From: Minisyncoccia bacterium
GTDB taxonomy: Bacteria; Patescibacteriota; Minisyncoccia; Phycocordibacterales; UBA918
DNA: 64,000 nt
NCBI GenBank assembly: GCA_046293175.1
Contig: JBKBPM010000001.1
Coordinates: 363,446-427,445, forward strand
Direction of reading: 5' to 3'
The position numbers and the translations under genes were made by a program. Below, piece after piece: positions 55,052-63,008 of this stretch (positions are counted from its first letter, which is position 1; each line of letters opens with the position of its first letter). The notes under the pieces are model-generated. The model saw nothing but the letters and a program-made list of their open reading frames with translations, ran no database searches and was not told the origin of the DNA.

Positions 55052-56968
55052 TTAGCCGGTCCAGTTGAAGAGGAGAATCGAAAAGTCGGTAAGGTTCACC
55101 CTACCATCCTGACTAATATCCGCCGGTGGATTTGAATCGCCACCATCGGTGTTCCACCAGAAGAGGAGGATCGAGAAGTCGGTAAGGTTCACCTTCCCAT
55201 CTCGATTAAGGTCAGAGTTACTGCCTGTTGATTGGGACGGCCCACCCACACCATAGAGGGTGTACTGGGAGAAGTTTGAGGTGAGTGTCCCGGCCACGGC
55301 TTTCGCTCGAACTTTGTAGGTACCGTTGCTGAAGCCTCCGGTATCTATCGGAGTTGACCAGGCACCACTACCGTTTGCTTTCACGGTATACGACTTGCGA
55401 GAAGCGGTGTTTTTATCTTTTTCATTTTCAATGGTCACTTCGGCATCGGGGAATGTGTAGCCAGAAATGGTGAGAGCCTGCCCAGGATTAACGGGGTTTG
55501 GTGAGACCAAAATGGATGGCGGAATATTGATGTTACTCAAAGCCGATTCACGCGCACCAGCCACCGTAAAAGAAGTACTGAAAGTCGATGACTTCGTACC
55601 AGCAGCATCGGTAGCATAAATACCAAAAGTATATGCTCCGCGAGCAATCTTTTCGACTGTAGCAGTATAGGCACCGTTGCTATCAGTATTAGCGGTCACT
55701 GCCGACTTACCATCCACCAGTACAGTAATTTTTGCTCGCGGCGATGCATACCCGGTAATCACCACCTGACCATCACCACTCCGGTATGGAGCGGGAGATG
55801 ATTCAAATCCCCCGCCACCCCCGCCACCGCTACCGCTACTACCGCCGCCGCCACTACCGCCGCCACTACCGCCGCCTGAGGAACCTTGTGTACTTCCACC
55901 GCCAGTGGCAGCACCTCCTTGATTTCCACTACCAGAGCCACTACCAGATCCACCATTACCGGTACCAGTTCCCGAGCCACTACCATTACCGTTTTCGGTT
56001 GAACTACCGGTTGGCTGTGCACTCACGAAGAAACTAATGAGATAGTCATCAATGTTGAAGTTGCCTTCATCGTCTCGGCAGCGGACGTAGAAGTCTTGTT
56101 GGGAATTTGGGGTCACCGCTACGACATTTGTATGAAACAAGAGACCAGTATTAGAAAAAACTGCCGACATGGTGTTGTAGTCTGCACCGGGACTACGAGC
56201 AAATCGACAGGTAGCAAATTCATCGGTCTCGAGACTAATTTCTACGTTAAGCGTCGTTCCACCCACAGTTGATGTCGGAGCACCATTAAAGCGAAGTGGT
56301 GGCACCAGCTCGGTGGTGTCGACCGGGCCAATTCCCACCTGTTCAACCAGCGCAATCAAAAACCCAGCATTGGCGATTTCAGTTGCGGTGTTATCGTAAA
56401 TACGCATATTAACCTCTTTGGTACCTATATCTGGACCATTGATGATACCCGGTACATCAGCCGGTACAGTCGTAGTTCCGGTTGAGGTACTAAAGATAAA
56501 TCCTCCTTTATTGGCTAAAAAAGTATGGTTACCGATTTTGAGTTCCAGAAGACTACCTGCGGCAATACCAGTACTTTGATTTAACGTATAGCGGATCATG
56601 CCCGGTGCCCCAGGGATAATATCAACCTTGTCATCTGTGGCAGATAAAGACGCTCCAACATCCCGCCGCACCCCATTGACCCGTAGCTCAACATTACGGA
56701 GTTCTGAGAACTGCGCACTACTGACGACCGTAAAGTCATCTGGTGGCACCACTTCAATGTAGCCTTCAGGAGGGATGCTCGTCGTATCAACCAGACGAAA
56801 TGAAAGAGTGTGATTGGAAGCGAGGTTTGGGGCTGACCGAGAAAGGGTATCTTTATATTCTTTGACGTTGCGAGCAAAAGAAAAATGTGGAGAGGACAAC
56901 AAAAAGGCCATGGAGCAAAGTCCCAAAACGAAATACACGAACAGACGCAGCGGTCTCGTGATATACAT
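55052..56968 (-). CDS. secreted dockerin-domain protein with N-terminal SNHTLxF domain (shared with the WxL-like proteins), Gly/Ser linker and Ig-like domains
   Basis: 638 aa with a signal (LRLFVYFVLGLCSMAFLLSSPHFSFA). N-domain YKDTLSRSAPNLASNHTLSF..., compared with LVSDTLSDSAPSVPSNHTISF (19173..) and LVSNTLSDSDVSALSNHTIRF (59876..). A long G/S linker precedes a C-terminal duplicated dockerin (DLNRDGKVNLTDFSILLFWW...DISQDGRVNLTDFSILLFNW), about 70% nt identical to the dockerin of 21285..22391. Confidence 0.75.
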   Translation of the reverse strand: MYITRPLRLFVYFVLGLCSMAFLLSSPHFSFARNVKEYKDTLSRSAPNLASNHTLSFRLVDTTSIPPEGYIEVVPPDDFTVVSSAQFSELRNVELRVNGVRRDVGASLSATDDKVDIIPGAPGMIRYTLNQSTGIAAGSLLELKIGNHTFLANKGGFIFSTSTGTTTVPADVPGIINGPDIGTKEVNMRIYDNTATEIANAGFLIALVEQVGIGPVDTTELVPPLRFNGAPTSTVGGTTLNVEISLETDEFATCRFARSPGADYNTMSAVFSNTGLLFHTNVVAVTPNSQQDFYVRCRDDEGNFNIDDYLISFFVSAQPTGSSTENGNGSGSGTGTGNGGSGSGSGSGNQGGAATGGGSTQGSSGGGSGGGSGGGGSSGSGGGGGGGFESSPAPYRSGDGQVVITGYASPRAKITVLVDGKSAVTANTDSNGAYTATVEKIARGAYTFGIYATDAAGTKSSTFSTSFTVAGARESALSNINIPPSILVSPNPVNPGQALTISGYTFPDAEVTIENEKDKNTASRKSYTVKANGSGAWSTPIDTGGFSNGTYKVRAKAVAGTLTSNFSQYTLYGVGGPSQSTGSNSDLNRDGKVNLTDFSILLFWWNTDGGDSNPPADISQDGRVNLTDFSILLFNWTG

Positions 56969-57156
56969 ACATATATTCTACCCCGTACGGACTAGCCAAA
57001 TGGTCGTTCTCCCACACCTATTAAATTTATTAGGACTCAGCAAATGACCCTAGATTCGAGGCGTCGAGGACTGAGAGCCTGAGGTGTATTAGATAGATAT
57101 ACATTGAAGGTTTGAAGGACGAAGACAACAAAGAAGATGGGGTTAGCTAGGTGGTT

Positions 57157-58149
57157 CTAGAGAAAGAGGGCAACAATGAGGAAATAAACCCACAATGTCA
57201 TCACATCGCGAATCACCGTCGCCACTGGACCACTTGTGAGTGCAGGATCGTATTTGAGCTTCGTTGCCAAAAACGGTATCACGAGCGCCACCACCATCGC
57301 GAGCATAAGGGTTGCCAAGATAGCGGTAAACAAAAGCGGCACAAGTTCAGATGCGCCAAACCACCACGAGGTAATGCACCCAACGACCACACCAAGAATT
57401 GTGGCCAAAGTACCGGAGACAATCACTTCACGAAAGAAGTACCGGCGGAATCGCGCAAAGGTACCAAGCTCGGGATCAAGCGCAATCGCGCGTACAAAGA
57501 TGATTTCGGTTTGTGAACCCACCGCATCAGCCAAGTAGACCACTAGTGGGATAAAGGCCACAATGAGAACATGAACGGCCAGCGCCTCTTCAAAACGCTG
57601 CACGATAGAGGCCGCGAGTAGTCCACCAAGCAACCCTAAAATGAGCCAGGGTAGCCGTTTGCGGATATGGAGGAGAGGCGTACCAGATAACAGTGAATTT
57701 TGTGGGTCTTCAAAGTTCGTGGTACCGGCGTGCGCAAGCGCATCAGCGATGCGGCCGTAGTGAAGAATATCGCGTATCTTATCTGGGGTCACCACCCCAA
57801 GTAACCGACCAGTACCCTGATCAACAACCGGAACTGCCTTGAGGTTGTGATTAATGGCAGTCAGGGCCACCTGTTCCGCTCTCATGGTGGCCGGGACTGA
57901 CACCAAAGTCGCTTTGGCAGCAGCAGCCGCAATAGTATGATGTGAATGCGTAAAGACTTCTTTGACTGAGACCACTCCGGTGAGCTGGCGACTACTATTA
58001 ACAAGATAGACATACGCCACACTAGAGTATGAGGAAGCGTGTCGAGACAGGAGATTGACGATTTCACCGATAGTGGCTTTGGGTGAAATTACCGGGACAT
58101 TTTCGACCATGCAATCGATGGCGGTTAAATTTTTGAAACGATCAGACAT
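57157..58149 (-). CDS. mgtE: magnesium transporter MgtE (CBS pair + MgtE membrane domain; no N-terminal MgtE_N domain)
   Basis: 330 aa. Two CBS-like motifs (VISPKATIGEIVNLL..., LKAVPVVDQGTGRLLGVVTPDKIRDIL) are followed by a five-TM MgtE-type domain (RLPWLILGLLGGLLAASIV...DPALTSGPVATVIRDVMTLWVYFLIVALFL). Confidence 0.85.
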   Translation of the reverse strand: MSDRFKNLTAIDCMVENVPVISPKATIGEIVNLLSRHASSYSSVAYVYLVNSSRQLTGVVSVKEVFTHSHHTIAAAAAKATLVSVPATMRAEQVALTAINHNLKAVPVVDQGTGRLLGVVTPDKIRDILHYGRIADALAHAGTTNFEDPQNSLLSGTPLLHIRKRLPWLILGLLGGLLAASIVQRFEEALAVHVLIVAFIPLVVYLADAVGSQTEIIFVRAIALDPELGTFARFRRYFFREVIVSGTLATILGVVVGCITSWWFGASELVPLLFTAILATLMLAMVVALVIPFLATKLKYDPALTSGPVATVIRDVMTLWVYFLIVALFL

Positions 58150-58219
58150 AAGAACTGTGTACTATTATAGTCTTCAAGACTAGAAAGACCAACCACTGAC
58201 CAATGCGTAAGGTCAGGGT

Positions 58220-58642
58220 TTAGACGGTAACGTTTTGCTGCGTCAATCGTAACCGCTCTCGACTCCGAGCGTAGTCAAGTGCGTAATTGAGAATAATGAG
58301 CACAAGGAGAATAAAGAGAATGGTAGCGAGTACAAAGGTTCCAGAATCAAGTCCGGCAATACTGCCACCTTTATTGATACCAACTTCAATTTCTCGCTCT
58401 GAAAGTGCGAGCTCTCGCTCATCAAGTTCACGCTCACGAGCAGTTAGGGCTGCTGTCATTTGATTAAGTTCAGTTGGTGCAACACCAACAGATACCCCAA
58501 CTGCATTGGCGAGATAAAGCTCGGTACGATCAGCGAGTCTGGCTGTGACTGGACTGAAGAGTCCACTCTCAAAGACGAGCATCACCGCTACTACCGCACT
58601 CGCGATACGTAAGAGACTATGATATGAAGAATTTCCTAACAT
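58220..58642 (-). CDS. hypothetical two-TM membrane protein with coiled-coil loop
   Basis: 140 aa. TM1 (SAVVAVMLVFESGLF), a charged helical segment (ARERELDERELALSEREIEV) and TM2 (FVLATILFILLVLIILNYAL). Confidence 0.5.
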   Translation of the reverse strand: MLGNSSYHSLLRIASAVVAVMLVFESGLFSPVTARLADRTELYLANAVGVSVGVAPTELNQMTAALTARERELDERELALSEREIEVGINKGGSIAGLDSGTFVLATILFILLVLIILNYALDYARSRERLRLTQQNVTV

Positions 58643-58656
58643 ATATAAAGTATACC

Positions 58657-59715
58657 CTACGCAAACAAGATGAGGAGCACAATAAAGAACAGCGCACTGA
58701 CTGACAACATCACAAGGAAGATGAGGAGGATCGGATTACCCGTATTGCGACGCTCCACAATCCTTCGAGTACCACCGCCAGTGTAGTACGCGAGCTTGCG
58801 ACGAATATACAGCTTCACACCAAAGTATACGGTAAGGAGCAGTATCGCCAAGATACCAAGGGCTGGAAGTACAATCTTAACCGGTAAGACCCAGAAGGTT
58901 ACGGAACTCGACATTGTCTGCTTGGCTCCCTCTTCGCCGTAAATAGGACTCACGACCGCCTCGTAGCGACCAAAACCATATCCCTCACCTTTCCAATCAA
59001 ACGTAAATTCTCTCGTATCAGCCGGAAACACTGCTGCAGCAGATTCGTTAAAGATAAGATTGTCATCAACCTTTTGTCCAAACATGTTCGTAATCTCTAC
59101 TGGTCCGACCGGACGAACAAGTGTATTACCGTCGTTTTCAATCCGAAGATTAAAGGTTACATTTGGAGAACCATAGATATAGTTATCGGTCGAAAATTGA
59201 CGAATCTTAGCTGACTCAACACACTCACCGGCCACCCGCAAACTGATGATGTTTGCGACCTCGTAACCAATAGCGGCACCACTCTCACTGAGCTTGGGTG
59301 GTTCCATTGAGACGAAGATCCCAGCAAAGTGATTACATGGCGGTGCATCAGGCGGAACAGATACAACAAATGAGATTGGGGCTTCTCCTCCGGCTGGGAC
59401 TGTCACAGTATCAGCAGTCAAAGTAATCCAACTACTCATATCAAGTGGAGTCGGCTCAACGTTGTCTGGAGCATAAACAGGCACGCTGCCATCCCGCACA
59501 CCAATGATATCGCGACGACCAAGGTAGTAGGTCTGTTCAACGTCACTCTCATTCTTAATTGATGCCACGAAGGTTTTTGTTGCACCAGGATCAATTTTTT
59601 CTTCAATGGTGGCAGGCTTCAACGTAACACCAGCACTTCCCTGCGCACCCACCAACGTAGGAGCGAAACCAACAAACAACACAGCCAACAAAAGTGATAA
59701 GAATGTCCTTCGCAT
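58657..59715 (-). CDS. CscA-like (DUF916/DUF3324-like) cell-surface protein with C-terminal TM anchor(s)
   Basis: ORF 58657..59760 (-). ATG verified at 59715 (MRRTFLSLLLAVLFVGFAPTLVGAQ). About 270-aa ectodomain, a TM (IVLPALGILAILLLTVYFGV), a basic loop and a second C-terminal hydrophobic segment. It lies immediately downstream of the WxL-like gene 59876..60997. Confidence 0.6.
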   Translation of the reverse strand: MRRTFLSLLLAVLFVGFAPTLVGAQGSAGVTLKPATIEEKIDPGATKTFVASIKNESDVEQTYYLGRRDIIGVRDGSVPVYAPDNVEPTPLDMSSWITLTADTVTVPAGGEAPISFVVSVPPDAPPCNHFAGIFVSMEPPKLSESGAAIGYEVANIISLRVAGECVESAKIRQFSTDNYIYGSPNVTFNLRIENDGNTLVRPVGPVEITNMFGQKVDDNLIFNESAAAVFPADTREFTFDWKGEGYGFGRYEAVVSPIYGEEGAKQTMSSSVTFWVLPVKIVLPALGILAILLLTVYFGVKLYIRRKLAYYTGGGTRRIVERRNTGNPILLIFLVMLSVSALFFIVLLILFA

Positions 59716-59875
59716 GCAAAAACTCATAGTGATAATGTTATTTATTATAGCATCGCTCAACTGTCATGAGCAGAACCTATAAACAGCGGGAGGGATTTGT
59801 TACACAACAAAAAACTCCCAATGGGAGTTTTTTGTTTCTACTTTTTTAATGCTTGCGACAAATTATAGACTTTCT

Positions 59876-60997
59876 TTAGAAGGTAGGAGTTGCGATGTAC
59901 GTTAGGACTGTACTGTAGTCATCTCCCGCTTCCTGGAGTGGTGAAATTTGGATTTGATATCCAATATCAGTTTCTCCAATGTCAGCGGTTGCACCATCAG
60001 ATGGACCATTGTGTGCAAAAATCTGTCGTGGCGTTGTACTCGCTGCGACAAAGAGTACAGATCCGAACTCATCACCGTTAAGGTCAGAATCTTCTGAAGT
60101 GAGACCCCAGTGACCCCAGGTATTTTCATCAGTAATGTTGTTCGTCGGAGATGACCATACGGTTGGCGTATTTGTGTACGTACCGTTGGCAAAACCATCG
60201 ATGTCAGCACCTGTAGATGAGAGAAGATTTTGGTCTTGCTCTACAGTTACTACGAAGCCGTTACGGGCGTTCGTGGTTACGTTCAATCGTTGTGCCAGCG
60301 TCTTTAGCTCACCGGCTGTCAAGACACCGAATGGAATAGCAGTGGCGGTAGTAGAACCAGTAGTACTGGTACCATTAACTGCTGTACTGGTAGCAAGACC
60401 AGTTACCGTAAAGGTAAATGAGGTATTGACGATAGCAGTGACATCAACGTTATCAAGAATAGCTACTCGTGTGCGACCGGTATCGGCCCCCGCTGTCACA
60501 AGAAATTCGTAAGAACCCGCAGTTGGATTCGTGACACGATTTGTACCACCAGAAGCATTTGTACCGACACGAATAATGATTGCATCAGTGTTAGTGGCAA
60601 TTGCCGTTCCTGTTCCTGCTGTGAACGTAATGTTCTGTCCTGCTACAGCAACACCCCAGGTGTTAAGCGCAGGGGCACCAGCCAAAGTCTGGTCAACGCC
60701 ATCGATTGACATATCAATGTCACCGAGTGCAACTGAACCAAGCGTGAAGCCAGCTGGAAACGCGACAACAATTGTCTGTCCAGTGGACACACCAGCTGAT
60801 GAGGTAGCAAGCGTGAAGCGAATCGTATGATTCGAGAGAGCTGATACGTCAGAGTCTGATAAGGTGTTGCTTACCAAAGTAAGGTTTGCAGCATCAGCTG
60901 TATTGTAGAAACCTACAGACACAACTAGTACAGCTGCAGCAACGAGCATCGCGACTACTCGGTGCAAAGCTTCAACACTCGTTGAAATTTTTTGCAT
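59876..60997 (-). CDS. WxL-like cell-surface protein (paralog of 19173..20327)
   Basis: 373 aa with a signal (VAMLVAAAVLVVSVGFYNTADA). The N-domain contains SNHTIRF. The C-terminal domain (SFTFTVTGLATSTAVNG...IPFGVLTAGE...TWGHWGLTSEDSDL...TVLTYIATPTF) has the canonical W-G-L (WxL) spelling. Confidence 0.65.
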   Translation of the reverse strand: MQKISTSVEALHRVVAMLVAAAVLVVSVGFYNTADAANLTLVSNTLSDSDVSALSNHTIRFTLATSSAGVSTGQTIVVAFPAGFTLGSVALGDIDMSIDGVDQTLAGAPALNTWGVAVAGQNITFTAGTGTAIATNTDAIIIRVGTNASGGTNRVTNPTAGSYEFLVTAGADTGRTRVAILDNVDVTAIVNTSFTFTVTGLATSTAVNGTSTTGSTTATAIPFGVLTAGELKTLAQRLNVTTNARNGFVVTVEQDQNLLSSTGADIDGFANGTYTNTPTVWSSPTNNITDENTWGHWGLTSEDSDLNGDEFGSVLFVAASTTPRQIFAHNGPSDGATADIGETDIGYQIQISPLQEAGDDYSTVLTYIATPTF

Positions 60998-61261
60998 GAA
61001 TATTATTTTTTAAATAACTAATATTGTAGTCAGAGGCGACTCTCCGGTACAAGCTCGGTTGAAGGTGGAGATAAATGAGATAGTTATGTGAAAAAAATTC
61101 AGCCACTATTCATTTAATGCTTCAACCGATCTAAGTACATTATAAAGACTTTTAGAAATACTGTCTCAAATCGCGTGTTGATAAGTAAAGTATCGAACAT
61201 TTTGTGCTTATAGAAAGTTGTTATCACACAATCGTTTTCTTCAATTCAGTATGTCTTCTAC

Positions 61262-61295
61262 CAAAAAAACTCTAAAGTACCTGCGTCTTAGAGGG
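61262..61295 (-). terminator. Rho-independent terminator downstream of the Y-family polymerase gene
   Basis: On the minus strand: ccctctaag-acgcaggtac-tttagag followed immediately by TTTTTTTGG (A-run 61263..61269 on the plus strand). It sits about 15 nt after stop 61308..61310. Confidence 0.7.
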
Positions 61296-61307
61296 CTTTT
61301 TAGAGAC

Positions 61308-62567
61308 TCAGGCCTTGACGATTTGGAGTGCTTGCCACTCTGTCGTATAGGCTGGTGAACGTAAGGCAATTTTTGTTTGCCAGGTAGGTGTCTTCGTGAA
61401 TTGGCCAAGCTTGATGGTATCGCGACCGTAGCGCTGGTTAAGCGTATCAACCATTTCATCAACCACATCGGCCTTCCCTGTCTGCACATCAGTAGCGGCA
61501 AACAAGCTCTGCGGAACAAAGGCGGTGGGCATTAATCCAAAAGCCACTACGCCAGTTTTGGTGTACGGTACACCTGGTCGATACAGTTGTTTGAGGGCCT
61601 TAAGCGCCTCATTAAGCACAATAGTTGTGGTTGCTGTGGGAATCTCAAATACCACTCCAGTACTACCACCATAACCACGCCAATCACCATGGCGTGAGGT
61701 ATAGAGAATGACCTGTAGACCGCTTGCCACCAGATCTTGTTCACGCAATTCTTCACACACAAAGCGCACATGGTACGCGAGCGCATCTTTTATAACCGCA
61801 AGATTATTCGTCTTTTCACCAAAAGAACGTGTAGACATTTGAGACTTGGGAATTGAGTGGGATTCCGTTACCAGGTACACTGCCTGCCCCGCCAATTCAG
61901 CTTGCAGCTGTACACCATTTTTATGAAAAAGCTTCGCTATCCGTGGAGTTGGGGCAGCCAGTAGGTCGTTGATTGAATGGATCTTGGCTTCCTTGTAGGC
62001 AACAACCAGCTGTCGACCCACCCCCCAGATATCTTCAAGTGGCGTTCCCCCAAACTCAGTGATGAAATCTTCTCCCGCAAAGACCCCAATACCACCATTG
62101 CGCTTAGCATAGGCATTTACCCGTTTGGCCCGCGTTTTTGTGTCAGAGACACCGATGGAAACCGGAATACCAACGAGTCGCTCCACTTGTTCTTTAAGCG
62201 TCAGAGCGTACTGACGAGCCTCAGCTGCCGTCGTGGCCGGTACAAGGAAAAAAGCTTCGTCAATAGAATACTGTTCTATCTGGCCACAGTATGACTTGAC
62301 CACCGAGAACACCCGCCTGGAGATATCGCGATAGAGCGCAAAGTGTGAAGAAAAGCAGACGGCACCTATGTCTTTTAGTATGTCCTTTACTTCAAAATAA
62401 GGGACACCCATCGGGATACCATTGTCCTTTATTTCCTGTGACCTAGCGACAATACAACCGTCATTACTCGAGAGGACTGCTACCGGCCGGTGCCGTAAGT
62501 CAGGGCGAAACAGCCGCTCACAGGAAACGAAGAAGTTGTTACAATCAAGGACCGCAAGGTATGCCAT
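61308..62567 (-). CDS. Y-family DNA polymerase (UmuC/DinB-type translesion polymerase)
   Basis: ORF 61308..62633 (-). ATG verified at 62567, with GGAG 7 nt upstream (MAYLAVLDCNNFFVSCERLFRPDLRHRPVAVLSSNDGCIVARSQEIK...YSIDEAFFLV). These N-terminal motifs are diagnostic of the UmuC/DinB (IMS) family. No umuD-like gene is adjacent. Confidence 0.85.
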   Translation of the reverse strand: MAYLAVLDCNNFFVSCERLFRPDLRHRPVAVLSSNDGCIVARSQEIKDNGIPMGVPYFEVKDILKDIGAVCFSSHFALYRDISRRVFSVVKSYCGQIEQYSIDEAFFLVPATTAAEARQYALTLKEQVERLVGIPVSIGVSDTKTRAKRVNAYAKRNGGIGVFAGEDFITEFGGTPLEDIWGVGRQLVVAYKEAKIHSINDLLAAPTPRIAKLFHKNGVQLQAELAGQAVYLVTESHSIPKSQMSTRSFGEKTNNLAVIKDALAYHVRFVCEELREQDLVASGLQVILYTSRHGDWRGYGGSTGVVFEIPTATTTIVLNEALKALKQLYRPGVPYTKTGVVAFGLMPTAFVPQSLFAATDVQTGKADVVDEMVDTLNQRYGRDTIKLGQFTKTPTWQTKIALRSPAYTTEWQALQIVKA

Positions 62568-62654
62568 AGATACTCCTAGTATACCAAAACCCACTGGCCA
62601 GTGGGTTTTGGTATACATTTTGTTTTTGGTCACCTGTGAGGACGGTCAATAATG

Positions 62655-62962
62655 CTGCAGGTTCGAGGTGAGAAATAATTCATAAGACCTTGCCAGCTAC
62701 TTTATGAGTGAAGTGAAATAAAGTAGCGACAAGGTGTACTGCTCCGGTACGGAGGCGAGGAGAAACAAAGTGATACGGCGCGGATAAAGCCATTAGGTGA
62801 GAAAACGTGGGACGTTTTCGCAAGACTCATTGAGTAATTTTATGAGTGATAACGAAATAAAATAACCAATGAGTAGACAGTTTCTGTAAGAAATAGGCTT
62901 TACTCGCGACAATTCGCCATTGTCCCACTTCGTACTCTGTGGCTCATTCTACGTTGAACTTT
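62655..62962. repeat. hairpin-rich intergenic repeat element, copy IV (two tandem units; left stem of the 3' hairpin deleted)
   Basis: Unit A 62655..62795 (ggtgagaaat...gccagctactttatgagtgaagtgaaataaagtagc...ctccg-gta-cggag...aagccattag). Unit B 62796..62962 (ggtgagaaaacg-tggga-cgttttc, tttct-gta-agaaa, aataggctttactcgcgacaattcgccattgtcc...ctctgtggctcatt). Lies between the Y-family polymerase and GH18-like genes. Confidence 0.7.
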
Positions 62963-63008
62963 TTTGTGACGCAGGCAATAAAGAAGATGCGGTATTAGTG
63001 GCTGTACT

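Noticed and set aside
58150-58219. Looked for an M-box (ykoK) Mg riboswitch upstream of mgtE.
   Set aside because: Only ~70 nt separate mgtE from the upstream gene, too short for an M-box. No M-box-like conserved blocks are present. mgtE is probably co-transcribed with the upstream genes.
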